The notes under the pieces were generated by a model, which was given only the letters and a program-made list of their open reading frames with translations, was not told where the DNA came from and searched no databases. Source: a virus (Duplodnaviria; Caudoviricetes). From it: a stretch of DNA of 55,938 nucleotides. Positions 18,413 through 28,467 of this stretch are shown here, piece by piece. Both the position numbers and the translations under genes were made by a program. Position 1 is the stretch's first letter. The number at the start of each line of letters is the position of its first letter. The DNA lies in IMG/VR virus record IMGVR_UViG_3300025098_000053, positions 1-55,938 of that record; one strand, written 5' to 3'.

Positions 18413-19927
18413 ATGTTACCTATGAACAATGAAACCTTGACAGTTAATGAATTAACTCGTCTTAACGACCACCTCCGTAAAAACGCGGATATGGTTAAAA
18501 ACAGCCAAGTTGGTTACCAAACTGCTGCAGCCACTTCCGGCGGCGCAAATGGTGCCCTTTCACCTATCGTTCCTCAATCAATTGAGAGCGTTCTTGCTTC
18601 TGCAACTTTTACAATGAACGACCTTGTTCTTTGGCAGAAATTACCTAAAGTACAAGTTACTAACACAATCCATGAATTCGCTGTAATCAACGAGCATGGC
18701 CAAGATCTCGACCCCTTCATTGAAGAGGGTGGCGGTGGATCTGCTGATTTTGGAAGCAGCCGTTCTTCTTATGAGAGAAAAGCTGTTAAAATCAAGTATA
18801 TGGCTGAGCGTCGTTCTGTAAGTGACGTTGCAAACCTTGTTGGTATTATTGGTGCTAATCCTAATGCAATCGCAGAGGAAACTGAGCGCGGAACAATGAG
18901 CCTTATGCGCAAAGTTGAAAGCCAGTTATTCTATGGTGATGAGAGTGCTTCTTCAAAGGGATTTGATGGTATTCTTAAGCAAATCGAAAGATTAGATCCT
19001 GCTCACACTCAAAGTGATCTTCGTTCAGGCGATCTTTCTGGCAACACTCACGATATGGGTGGCGCAATTGCAACAAACACTGCAGTTCCTGAGCTCTTTA
19101 ATGATGTTCTTGGTGAGTTACACAGTGCTCCACGTTTTGGTAAGCCAGACGTTGTATTTGTAGAACCTCGTATTTACAGCCAACTCGTTAAAGCTTCTAT
19201 CCAAGGTGGCCGTAATGATCAGCTTTTGATCAGCCAACAAAAAGATGGAATCCTTACTTATGGTGCAGGCCCACAGCTTCACATCATGGGCCCTATGGGT
19301 CCAGTTCCTGTAATGAGTGCTCCATTCCTTCATCGTCAGTTTAAGGCTCCAACTGCTGGTGCCGGTACTCTTCCAACTCTCGGTGCTGGTGCAGTTCTTG
19401 CGCAAGTTGCTGATGGTGTTGCTCTTGAAGGTGAATTTGCTGCTGGTAAATTCTATAAGTACAAAGTTGTAGGCGTTAGCTCAAAGGGATATAGCGCTCC
19501 TCTTACTCTTGATGCCGGTGGAGCTCTTGGCCTTGAAGTTGGTGCCGCTGGTATCCAAGTTGAAGTTGCTGCTGCTGCTGATATGGTTGGTGGTTATTAT
19601 CGCGTATATCGTTCAGAGAGTGCTGCTGCTAACAACGCTGTAGATTTAGATTCTTGCGTACTTCTTTATGAGGTTCCTGCAGAAGCTGATGGATCTTTGG
19701 TTTTTGTTGATCGTGGTATCGAGCGTCACTCTTGTGGTCGTGCTTTATTCATGCAAATGGATCAAAACGTTGTAGAATTTGCTCGTATGCTTGATTTCTT
19801 ACGTCGTCCATTGGCCGAAACTTCTGCTGCGAAGCAGTTCCTATTGATGCTCTTCGGATCACCAATTGTTAAGGTTCCAACCAAGTGCTTCACAGTACGC
19901 GGAATCCCATACAGCCAAGTATTTTAA
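18413..19927 (+). CDS. Major capsid protein
   Basis: QSIE, LWQKLPK, FIEEG, KYM, LFYGD and FDGILKQI motifs of SPO1-like capsids; Ig-like insertion. Confidence 0.92.
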   Translation: MLPMNNETLTVNELTRLNDHLRKNADMVKNSQVGYQTAAATSGGANGALSPIVPQSIESVLASATFTMNDLVLWQKLPKVQVTNTIHEFAVINEHGQDLDPFIEEGGGGSADFGSSRSSYERKAVKIKYMAERRSVSDVANLVGIIGANPNAIAEETERGTMSLMRKVESQLFYGDESASSKGFDGILKQIERLDPAHTQSDLRSGDLSGNTHDMGGAIATNTAVPELFNDVLGELHSAPRFGKPDVVFVEPRIYSQLVKASIQGGRNDQLLISQQKDGILTYGAGPQLHIMGPMGPVPVMSAPFLHRQFKAPTAGAGTLPTLGAGAVLAQVADGVALEGEFAAGKFYKYKVVGVSSKGYSAPLTLDAGGALGLEVGAAGIQVEVAAAADMVGGYYRVYRSESAAANNAVDLDSCVLLYEVPAEADGSLVFVDRGIERHSCGRALFMQMDQNVVEFARMLDFLRRPLAETSAAKQFLLMLFGSPIVKVPTKCFTVRGIPYSQVF

Positions 19928-19994
19928 GGAATAGTTGGTAGGAGATAAATGTGCTTTGGCACAAATAGTTTAGTTCAATAAAACTAATGTTTTC

Positions 19995-20034
19995 CCTCAC
20001 AGCTTTTCTCTCTCCGAGCTGTTGAGGTTTTTTT
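19995..20034 (+). terminator. Intrinsic terminator after capsid gene
   Basis: CCTCACAGC...GCTGTTGAGG followed by T7. Confidence 0.75.
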
Positions 20035-20066
20035 CGACATCATATTAAATAAGGAAAGGATTGCGC

Positions 20067-21065
20067 ATGGCTGCTGATTTTAAATTCATCGATATTGTTA
20101 CTCCGCAATTTTTGAAGGATACATTCATCGCAGGTGTTGATTTAACATTGGACGATGGATCTGCATATCCGGATATAATGTTTGAACACAGTATTGCATC
20201 TGCTTTGCGCATGATTGAAAATGAATTAGGTATTATCGTTGATGATACTGTAATAACTGGTGAAAGGCATGATGCTATGAGTGATAGCAGAAGAGCTTGG
20301 TGGCCAATTAGCACAGATCATCGTCCCTTAAAAGAAGTTGATGATATAGCAATTACATACGGAAATTATCAACCAACAAGCATCCCATTGAGTTGGGTTA
20401 ATATAGCATCTGAAAATACAGGTGCTTTTCACTTAATACCATCAGCAGAAACATTAGGAACATTTAGTTTTTCCAATGCAATTCCTCTTCTTATTGATCC
20501 TATAACAAATTATTCCTATTATCGCCAAGTGCCTTCATATTTCAGATTGAAGTACAAAGCAGGATTTAATTTTATAAAGAAAACAATAACCATTCCTCAG
20601 GGCCAAACAAGTATCACAGTTGATCTTGGTGAGCTTTTAGTTGATAGGCCTAACTTTATATTTGATGTTACTCAAACTGGTTTAGCAGATGCAAACGCAG
20701 TTCATACAGTACGCGGATATGGTGGGCCAAGATCCAAGGAAGTTGAGATTAGATTAGCAACTGCACCAAACAATGCGGATTGTATTATTGAATTAAAAGT
20801 TCATACAGTTCCTGAAGTATTGATTAGGTGTGTTGGATTGCTTGCTGCAATATTACCATTAGATGTAGCTGGAGATCTGATAATTGGTGCTGGTATAGCA
20901 AGATTTAATATTGGTGTAGATAATTTACGCCAAGAAGTTGATACAACATCATCAGCAACAAACAGTGGATATGGTGCTCGTATTTTAAGTTATAAAAATA
21001 CATTGAAAGCATACGTAAAAGCATTGAAAGCTGATTATCAAACACCAAAATTTGGAGTAATATAA
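20067..21065 (+). CDS. Head-tail adaptor / neck protein
   Basis: Directly after the capsid gene; Y.AGF and TTSSATNSGYGARI motifs; ATG at 20067 with AAGGA RBS. Confidence 0.7.
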   Translation: MAADFKFIDIVTPQFLKDTFIAGVDLTLDDGSAYPDIMFEHSIASALRMIENELGIIVDDTVITGERHDAMSDSRRAWWPISTDHRPLKEVDDIAITYGNYQPTSIPLSWVNIASENTGAFHLIPSAETLGTFSFSNAIPLLIDPITNYSYYRQVPSYFRLKYKAGFNFIKKTITIPQGQTSITVDLGELLVDRPNFIFDVTQTGLADANAVHTVRGYGGPRSKEVEIRLATAPNNADCIIELKVHTVPEVLIRCVGLLAAILPLDVAGDLIIGAGIARFNIGVDNLRQEVDTTSSATNSGYGARILSYKNTLKAYVKALKADYQTPKFGVI

Positions 21066-21066
21066 T

Positions 21067-21864
21067 ATGTTGTTTCCTGCAAGAGTTCCTCCAAAAGCAA
21101 AGAAAATAGGCAGAGTTGATTTTAACTTAGATCAATTCCGCATTCTTATGGAGCAAAAAGGATTACCGGTTGTATGGGAACAAACAGCAGTTTGCCCATG
21201 TTCTATACCAACATCCGATGCAGGAATGGATTTGTTTAGTGTTAATGATGTTTCAACGGGAATCGACAATGATCCTGCTTGCACAACATGCGGCGGCAAA
21301 GGTTTTATTAGGTATGATGAACAAGAGATCAACGTACTTTATCAGGCACATGCTGCAAGCAATGATACATTGGAATATGGAACATCACTTAATTCAACTG
21401 CACAATTAACTTTATTACCTGAACATTTACCAAGATTTGGTGATAGATTTCGTGTTAAGGATTCAGCAATTATAAGATCAGAAAAACTTACAAAAGGTGC
21501 CGGAAATACTGTAACATTAGGTTATACAGTAGTGACGAGGCAGCTTGATTTGGCTTCTGGATTAACTCCTGCAAATATCTTGGCAGTATTTATCAATGAT
21601 GCAACGGGATCAAACAGCTTCAAACTGGATCCTCTTAATTATTCATTTAATGAAGCAAACAACTCAATCACATTTCTTGCTGGCCTCCCTGGTGTAAATA
21701 AACCTGCAGATGATTCTGAATTTACAATAGTTTATTATACAAATCCTGAATTTGTTGTAGTATCACATCCATACATTGTGAGAGATACAGTAATATTAAA
21801 GAAAGGTGTTGAAAGTAAAAAAGCAATGCCTGTTCAATGTGAAGTACGATTGGAGAGTGAATAA
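21067..21864 (+). CDS. Neck / head-completion protein
   Basis: WEQTAVCPC...CTTCGGKGF Zn motif seen in SPO1-like neck proteins. Confidence 0.7.
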   Translation: MLFPARVPPKAKKIGRVDFNLDQFRILMEQKGLPVVWEQTAVCPCSIPTSDAGMDLFSVNDVSTGIDNDPACTTCGGKGFIRYDEQEINVLYQAHAASNDTLEYGTSLNSTAQLTLLPEHLPRFGDRFRVKDSAIIRSEKLTKGAGNTVTLGYTVVTRQLDLASGLTPANILAVFINDATGSNSFKLDPLNYSFNEANNSITFLAGLPGVNKPADDSEFTIVYYTNPEFVVVSHPYIVRDTVILKKGVESKKAMPVQCEVRLESE

Positions 21865-22460
21865 TGTCAGTTGATTTACACATTCAGCATGTTATACATA
21901 ACGGCATTAAGTTATACAAGGATAATGCAAACGATATATTCAGAGATTTGTTTTATGATGTATCACCTGCTTTATCAACAAAGTGGTATAACAAGATGAA
22001 TGCTGCTGATATACATTTTGATAAAGCATTTTCACGTAAGAAAGAAAAATTTCCGCTTATTACAACAAGGCTTGTTGAAGCAGTTGATAATAGAAACAAG
22101 CTTCTTGGTAATCAAGGTGCTCAAGGAAATAAAACAATATTCATTTCAGCACAGTGCGACATCCATATTTTTGCAGATGATTTTGATTTTGTACGAATAA
22201 TCTCAAGAATATGCAAAGCTTCAATTCTGGGCTTTAAAAGTAATTTTTTAGAAAAAGGTTATTTAGATATAAATTTCATTGGTTCTCAAGATTTGGCTCC
22301 ACAATATGATTTAACATCTGAGGATGTGATTGTATATAATAGGGTTATCTCTTTTGTCGCGACACAGGAGCTTAACGTTCAACCTCAAATAAATCCAGAA
22401 CAATTTGGAGATATGCCATGGTCGTTGAACCCAACTATTGTGGGCAATAATGCAATTTAA
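21864..22460 (+). CDS. Tail completion protein (putative)
   Basis: Position before the sheath; FPLIT motif. Confidence 0.55.
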   Translation: MSVDLHIQHVIHNGIKLYKDNANDIFRDLFYDVSPALSTKWYNKMNAADIHFDKAFSRKKEKFPLITTRLVEAVDNRNKLLGNQGAQGNKTIFISAQCDIHIFADDFDFVRIISRICKASILGFKSNFLEKGYLDINFIGSQDLAPQYDLTSEDVIVYNRVISFVATQELNVQPQINPEQFGDMPWSLNPTIVGNNAI

Positions 22461-22511
22461 ATCACAGAAAAACAAAGAAGAAATATAATTATATTAAAAG
22501 GAGTTCGAACT

Positions 22512-24317
22512 ATGCCTTCATTTGTACAATTCAGAGGACGCAGAATTTATCAGCCAAGCGTTCTTGTAGATGTTAATAACAATTTAATCAGCCCAGATGC
22601 ATTAGGTGGCAAAAGCCTATGTGTTATTGGTGATTTTCCTCAAATGAAACCAAATGTTACTCACACGTTCAGTTCATCAACTGGATTAGAAGTATCAGAT
22701 GTGTTTCCTCATTTCCGAGATATCAGAGATGTTGATAAAATTTGGAAATCAAGCATTGCAGGAAGCGGTGCGGTTTCTGAGAAGATGACGCTGGTCAATG
22801 TAAATCAATCTGTTGCTGCTAAATTAGATGCAAACAGTGTTGATCTTGACGCAGGTGATAATCTTGCTAAATTCCCTGATAATGCTTATGCGCAACTTGA
22901 GTTTGAAAGCACATATTACGGCACATACGGAAACAGAATACAACTTAAACTTGATGATGATCAATCAAATGCAGCAGAGTTGGATGTTGATAGTGAGGAT
23001 GCATTTAGATTAACAATCAAAGAGCCTGGATTTGCAGATGTTGAAATCAATGTTGGTTATCCTGATCAGCTTCTTTTCAAAACAGCAGCAACACACTGCC
23101 TTGTAATCTATGAAGATTCAACTGATAACAAAGTTAAATGCCACCTTGCAACCCAAGCAGATCCTGATACTCCTGTAGGTGATATCATTATCCTTGAAGA
23201 TGTTGCAACAAACAAAGCTCTTATGGGATTATTGGAAGTTATTGCAGCAAGCAACACAATAGCTTTCAGCGCAGAATCATTTAACTTTGATACACATCCT
23301 AAGTTTTTAGATTTAGGTGTTTATGATGGAGCCGGTATATTGGCTAACGATGCGGCAGCAAGAGTTCATGCACACACAAAAGCTTTGGTCGATGCAGTTG
23401 TTGCTGATGATACATTACCTATTACAGTAAAATCAAAAACAAATGGGCATGCACCTTTAGCAAGCTTTGCAGTTGCTGCACTTGCAGGCGGTACTCAGGA
23501 AGCATCAGTAAATAACTCAAAAATAACAGAACTTTTACCTTCACTTGAAAACAAAGATTTTACTTCAATGTGCGTTCAATCATCAAATGCTGGTGTTCAT
23601 GATCAAGTTAAACTTCACCTTGAAGCAGCAGAGATTGCAGGCCGTGAAAGAAACGCATGGCTTCCAGCATCTGAAAATCAATCAATATCACAGATCAATG
23701 CATCTTATGTTAAACGATTATCTTCACCACTTGTTTCATATTTTGGCCAAGGTATTTCATATGAGGATTATCAAGGAAACGTAAGAACCGAAGCAGATCC
23801 TTTCTGGGGAGCTTTGGTAATGATGTGCATGCAAGGTGCTTTACCTGCAGCAGAGGCACTCACAAGAAAACGTCCAGGAATTTTGAATACAACAGAAAAC
23901 TGGGATCGTGAAAGAGATGTTAATGCAGCAATTAAAGCTGGCGTTGTTGTTGTTGGATTAGGTTCAAACAATCAGCTTCGTGTTGAAAGAAGCATCACTT
24001 CATATAGAGATGATAACCTATCATATAACTGCGAAGTTTCTGCACGTGAAAGCATTAATACATGCGTTCGTGAATTAAGAAGTTTCCTCGAAGGCCAACT
24101 TGGTTCTCGTATCACATCTGCAACAAAAGATAATCTTAAATCTTTGGCAGAAAGAAGATTGAAAACTATTGAGGATGCAGGAATTATATTCGGTGCAAAA
24201 AACATAGAAGTAAGAGTAGCAAACGATACAGCATTCATTGATTTTGACGTAGCACTTATTGAGCCACTCAACTTCATCCGTATCACAGCAAACCTTGTAC
24301 GAAATTCAGATTTTTAA
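22512..24317 (+). CDS. Tail sheath protein
   Basis: 601 aa; YGTYGN.I, LTRK, RSITSY and C-terminal IEPLNFIRIT. Confidence 0.92.
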   Translation: MPSFVQFRGRRIYQPSVLVDVNNNLISPDALGGKSLCVIGDFPQMKPNVTHTFSSSTGLEVSDVFPHFRDIRDVDKIWKSSIAGSGAVSEKMTLVNVNQSVAAKLDANSVDLDAGDNLAKFPDNAYAQLEFESTYYGTYGNRIQLKLDDDQSNAAELDVDSEDAFRLTIKEPGFADVEINVGYPDQLLFKTAATHCLVIYEDSTDNKVKCHLATQADPDTPVGDIIILEDVATNKALMGLLEVIAASNTIAFSAESFNFDTHPKFLDLGVYDGAGILANDAAARVHAHTKALVDAVVADDTLPITVKSKTNGHAPLASFAVAALAGGTQEASVNNSKITELLPSLENKDFTSMCVQSSNAGVHDQVKLHLEAAEIAGRERNAWLPASENQSISQINASYVKRLSSPLVSYFGQGISYEDYQGNVRTEADPFWGALVMMCMQGALPAAEALTRKRPGILNTTENWDRERDVNAAIKAGVVVVGLGSNNQLRVERSITSYRDDNLSYNCEVSARESINTCVRELRSFLEGQLGSRITSATKDNLKSLAERRLKTIEDAGIIFGAKNIEVRVANDTAFIDFDVALIEPLNFIRITANLVRNSDF

Positions 24318-24340
24318 GATTAAATAGGAGATAAATTAAA

Positions 24341-24850
24341 ATGGCAAACGTAATAACAGGCGCTAAAGCGATAGTTAAAATTGGTGGCCAAGTTGCTGGA
24401 TATGCAACTGGGGTATCAGTAACAGAAAGTATTCTAAATGGACGTGTTGAATCACTCGGACGCATTGATACTCGTGAAATCACACCAATTGGTCGTGTCG
24501 TCACAGCAACATGCAACTTCATTAGAATATTTAAAACAAGTGACGAGAACGGTTTATCAGCTGACGAAGTTGATGAGTCGGGATTAACATACACAGTAGA
24601 TTCTGTACAAAGCAGCGATGATGAGCGCACAGTATCAGCACTTAATTTTGGTGTTGGCGATCAGAGAGTTGATTTACAGATTTTTGATAGTGCTCCACAA
24701 GGTGATTTAGATGGCGACGATGTATTGATTTATACAGTTGTTGATTGCAAACCATCATCACAAAATATTGTTGTGGATCGTGGATCAATGATGGGTGTTC
24801 AGGTAACAATGGACGCAAGATTCTTGGTACGCCACGATGGTGCATTATAA
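24341..24850 (+). CDS. Tail tube protein
   Basis: Follows the sheath; ITGAKAIVKIGGQVAGYA...VESLGRI..EI pattern. Confidence 0.88.
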   Translation: MANVITGAKAIVKIGGQVAGYATGVSVTESILNGRVESLGRIDTREITPIGRVVTATCNFIRIFKTSDENGLSADEVDESGLTYTVDSVQSSDDERTVSALNFGVGDQRVDLQIFDSAPQGDLDGDDVLIYTVVDCKPSSQNIVVDRGSMMGVQVTMDARFLVRHDGAL

Positions 24851-24865
24851 TATAGGCATATCATT

Positions 24866-24953
24866 AACGAGGATGCCCTCTGTTTAATCTTAAATTAATA
24901 TTCACTTAAACATATTTGCCGCAGAAACAAAGCTTACTGCGTTAAATCTGATT
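24866..24953 (+). repeat. 88-bp bipartite element, copy B
   Basis: AACGAGGATGCCCTCTGTTTAA...TAAACATAT...GCGTTAAATCTGATT. Confidence 0.65.
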
Positions 24954-24965
24954 ATTATTTATGAG

Positions 24966-24991
24966 GGCCAGCAATTTGTTGGCCTTTTTTT
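24966..24991 (+). terminator. Intrinsic terminator
   Basis: GGCCAGCA...TGTTGGCC followed by a T run. Confidence 0.8.
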
Positions 24992-25070
24992 ATATAAAAA
25001 GTAATTTAGGTGAATACTTATTAATATATACATTATAAAATAAATAAATTCGACATCAAGGAGAGTTGTT

Positions 25071-25562
25071 ATGGATTTAAAGAAGTTAAAAGAAGAAAGT
25101 ACGAAAGCACAAGAAACAAAACACAAGAGTGTTAAAGATCTGAAAAAGGTTGAAGATAAGAAACAACCAATGGAAGAGAAAAAACTTGAGTTTGCAGAAC
25201 GTGTTAAAACATATAATATTGAATATCAAGGTGATTCAAAGTTATATAAAGCAAACGTGAAATCAAAAGTAATGGATTCTGACGCAAGAATTTCATTTGA
25301 ACGCGTATTATCAAACCTTTCAGCTGGTATTAATTTTACAAATATGCCAATGGAAATAAAAAACAGGCATTACTCACTCGCAAGAATTGTTTGCCAACTG
25401 GTAGATCCACCAGAATGGCTATTACAAGCAGCTTCTGAAGATATGAGCTTTTGTTACCAGTTAGGAGGCCTTCTCGTAGATCATGAGAACCACTTTTTTT
25501 ACAACAGTGATTCCGAGGATCAAACATTACAGAACTCAACCAGGTTTCGGATTAGTGAGTGA
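25071..25562 (+). CDS. Tail assembly chaperone
   Basis: Between tube and tape measure; LVDPPEWL motif; AAGGAG RBS. Confidence 0.75.
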   Translation: MDLKKLKEESTKAQETKHKSVKDLKKVEDKKQPMEEKKLEFAERVKTYNIEYQGDSKLYKANVKSKVMDSDARISFERVLSNLSAGINFTNMPMEIKNRHYSLARIVCQLVDPPEWLLQAASEDMSFCYQLGGLLVDHENHFFYNSDSEDQTLQNSTRFRISE

Positions 25563-25875
25563 TTACTTACAAAACAATCCATTAAAGCTTCCTTCACAGG
25601 CAGCTGAAAATATTACAGATATAGAAAACATTGAAGCGGTACTTATAAACATGAACAAACAACATTTCGATTTACTTTACGATGATTGGGCATTTGATAA
25701 TCGTCCAAGAAACATCACAGAGAAGAAAGAAATTGTGAAGTTCCGTGCAAAAAGAAGTATTGATTCAATGGGAGATTCAAATCTCAAACACATCGAAGAT
25801 GCATTCTCATCACTTGGATCAGAAGAAGCTTTAGCAATGTTAAAAGCTTTTGATACAAACATACGAAAGGATTAA
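25483..25875 (+). CDS. Second chaperone ORF, possibly frameshift-fused
   Basis: Overlaps the previous ORF in the +1 frame and ends 2 nt before the tape measure start. Confidence 0.55.
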   Translation: MRTTFFTTVIPRIKHYRTQPGFGLVSDYLQNNPLKLPSQAAENITDIENIEAVLINMNKQHFDLLYDDWAFDNRPRNITEKKEIVKFRAKRSIDSMGDSNLKHIEDAFSSLGSEEALAMLKAFDTNIRKD

Positions 25876-25877
25876 TC

Positions 25878-28454
25878 ATGCCAAGTAAAGGTTATTCAAT
25901 GGGCGCAGGATCTGGCCAAACCGGATCAACGATATTTAAACCTCAAGCAGGAGTTGATTATACAAGAATTCCTGTAAATAATGGCCCGAGTTACTCAGAC
26001 GCAGATGGATTCTTTCCTTTTGGTGAAGGAGCTTATCGTGCAATGACGGGTAATTCAACTGAATTTCCTTCACATGGCATGAATCCTGGGCAAGGTAATC
26101 CTAACTCACATTTCTTAGGAAAAGGAGCAGGAGGCGGCGGTGGGATGCCAAACTTTGGTGGATCACCTAACTCAGGTGGCAGTGCAGGTGGAAGTGGATC
26201 TCATTTAACACAGGCAGGCACAAAGTTTTCAAAAGGCGCAGATAAATTTGATAGCGCTGTAAATAGATTAGTTAATGCACTTGGTGGAAGCGGAGGAGTT
26301 GCTGGTGTAGGTGGAGTAGGTGGCCAAGGAGGAGCCGGGATGGGAGCTGGAGCACCAAGAAATGCTGGCTTTGGTGGCGGTGATCCAGTTGGAATGTTGC
26401 AACAAGCAAACTTAATTAATGGCCCATCAGCTCCAGGTAGTTTAGGATTTGGTGGAAGCGGTGGAGGATATGCATCATCACCATTTCAATTAGCAGGAAT
26501 GGGTCGAGGTTTTGGTGCAAGAGGAGCAGGCGGATTTAATCCTCTCAGATCATTCCAATCTGGCGCAGCTTCAAATCCATTTGCATCTTTCCGAGCTGGC
26601 GCGGCTCAAGTATTTACAGATGCTTCAGCACAACTTGATGGTGATTTTGATCCTGTATTAGGCAATGATCCATTTACGCAGATGTATAATTACAGTGGAG
26701 GTTTAACAAACTTCACAGCTGATATGATGGCAGGTATCCCAGGTTTAAATCTTGCTGCTGGCCCATCACGTGCTTTAGGTAATATTGTTAGCGGAATTAG
26801 AGGCATAATCCCAGGCGTTCCTTCATCAAATGAAGTTGCTAAAACAATGGGATTAATGGGGCATATGGCATCAATGGGCGCAGCTTCTGATGTAACACAA
26901 TATATGCAAATGGTACCTCACACAGGCACGGTAAATGCTGCACAAGCAAGATCAGTATTACAAAGTGGTGGATCTGCCGCGGCATTTGAATTTGATGCAT
27001 TTAGAACAATGGGTATGATGGGAATGAATCACAGTGTTTTTGGATCAGATCCAACATCTCATGATCCGTTAAACCCACAAAATATCTCAGGCATAACAAA
27101 GATGCTCGCTCCACTTACAGCAATGCAGAAATACTTAGGATTATCTCCAACTTCTGCAACAGGCCAAATAGCAGATGCATTATCAGCACAAGGATTTAAA
27201 TCTTTCTTTATTGATGCAAATAAAGGTGGATCTATAGGAAGTGGTGGAGCATCGGTAGTACAAGATACACAACAACGAATGAATATTTATCCAAGCAGTG
27301 GCCATGCTCAAATGACGGGAACTCCTGGAAACGCAGTAGGTTTATCTGCTCAAGAGTTGATTATGGCACAATATGCAGGATTTACGCCAAGCCAAGTAGG
27401 TTCGGCATTTGCTGCACAAGCAGGATCATCAAACTTAGGTTTAATTGGTGCTTTTGGTGGTAGATCAATATTGCAACAAGCAAACTTCTTTGGTTTAACA
27501 GGATCCGGTGCTGATAGATATATAAATGCTGTAAGAGGAATGGGTTCTGGATATACACAATTAGGATATGAATTTGGACGTGGGCAAACAGAACAAGTAG
27601 GCTCATATACATTTACAGATCATGAAGGAACGAAATTTACAAACCCAACAGGATTTGCTGCAAAAAGAATAGAGAGTGAAATTGCAACATTACAAGAAAG
27701 TGGTTTTTCAAACTTTGCACAAGAAAATGCATTTGGTGCGTTTCAACGTATTGATATGAGAATGGGCAAAGGAACATCACGTTTTGGAGCAAGTTTATTC
27801 GCAGGAATAAAAGATAAAGTTATTTTCAGCCAATTAGTTGGAAAGCACGGCTTGCGAGGAGGAATGGAAAAAGCAGGCACATTAACTCCTGGGCAAGAAA
27901 GAAAAATGTTAGATAATTTATTGGGCCGTGATGTAGGTTATATGCTTACAAGAGGTGCAGGATTAACACATGAAGAAGCTGATGCAACAGGGCAAATGGC
28001 AAATCCTGCAGATTTATCTTTGCAACAAAGAGGTTTGCCAAGAATTGATGAAGATGGTAATATAGGCCAAGGCCAATTTAAAGCAAGATCTGCTGTATCA
28101 AAACAAAATCTTCAGAGAATGACGGATTTTTACTTTGGTAATACAACAGAAACAGATGCTGATGGAAATCCAAAGAAAGTTTTCCAAGCATTCCAAGTAC
28201 TTACAGAAACAAATACAGAAATTAAAGCACACTTAGATCGAGGCGTAAAAGTTGAAGGCGTTCCAGAGATGGTTCGTGGTATTCAAAACTTAAGCAGGCA
28301 TATGGAACATTTCTTAAAGCATATGACGAACAAGAATCTTGGGCCAGTAAATCAAATGAAGGTTGGTGCTCAAACAGGCCCGAATGCTGCAAACCCAACC
28401 GGAACAACTGCACCGGTAAGTGGCACACCATCAATGGTGCCATCACCTTTCTAA
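25878..28454 (+). CDS. Tape measure protein
   Basis: 858 aa, G/A/M-rich, canonical position. Confidence 0.75.
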   Translation: MPSKGYSMGAGSGQTGSTIFKPQAGVDYTRIPVNNGPSYSDADGFFPFGEGAYRAMTGNSTEFPSHGMNPGQGNPNSHFLGKGAGGGGGMPNFGGSPNSGGSAGGSGSHLTQAGTKFSKGADKFDSAVNRLVNALGGSGGVAGVGGVGGQGGAGMGAGAPRNAGFGGGDPVGMLQQANLINGPSAPGSLGFGGSGGGYASSPFQLAGMGRGFGARGAGGFNPLRSFQSGAASNPFASFRAGAAQVFTDASAQLDGDFDPVLGNDPFTQMYNYSGGLTNFTADMMAGIPGLNLAAGPSRALGNIVSGIRGIIPGVPSSNEVAKTMGLMGHMASMGAASDVTQYMQMVPHTGTVNAAQARSVLQSGGSAAAFEFDAFRTMGMMGMNHSVFGSDPTSHDPLNPQNISGITKMLAPLTAMQKYLGLSPTSATGQIADALSAQGFKSFFIDANKGGSIGSGGASVVQDTQQRMNIYPSSGHAQMTGTPGNAVGLSAQELIMAQYAGFTPSQVGSAFAAQAGSSNLGLIGAFGGRSILQQANFFGLTGSGADRYINAVRGMGSGYTQLGYEFGRGQTEQVGSYTFTDHEGTKFTNPTGFAAKRIESEIATLQESGFSNFAQENAFGAFQRIDMRMGKGTSRFGASLFAGIKDKVIFSQLVGKHGLRGGMEKAGTLTPGQERKMLDNLLGRDVGYMLTRGAGLTHEEADATGQMANPADLSLQQRGLPRIDEDGNIGQGQFKARSAVSKQNLQRMTDFYFGNTTETDADGNPKKVFQAFQVLTETNTEIKAHLDRGVKVEGVPEMVRGIQNLSRHMEHFLKHMTNKNLGPVNQMKVGAQTGPNAANPTGTTAPVSGTPSMVPSPF

Positions 28455-28467
28455 GGAGAAAAAATAA

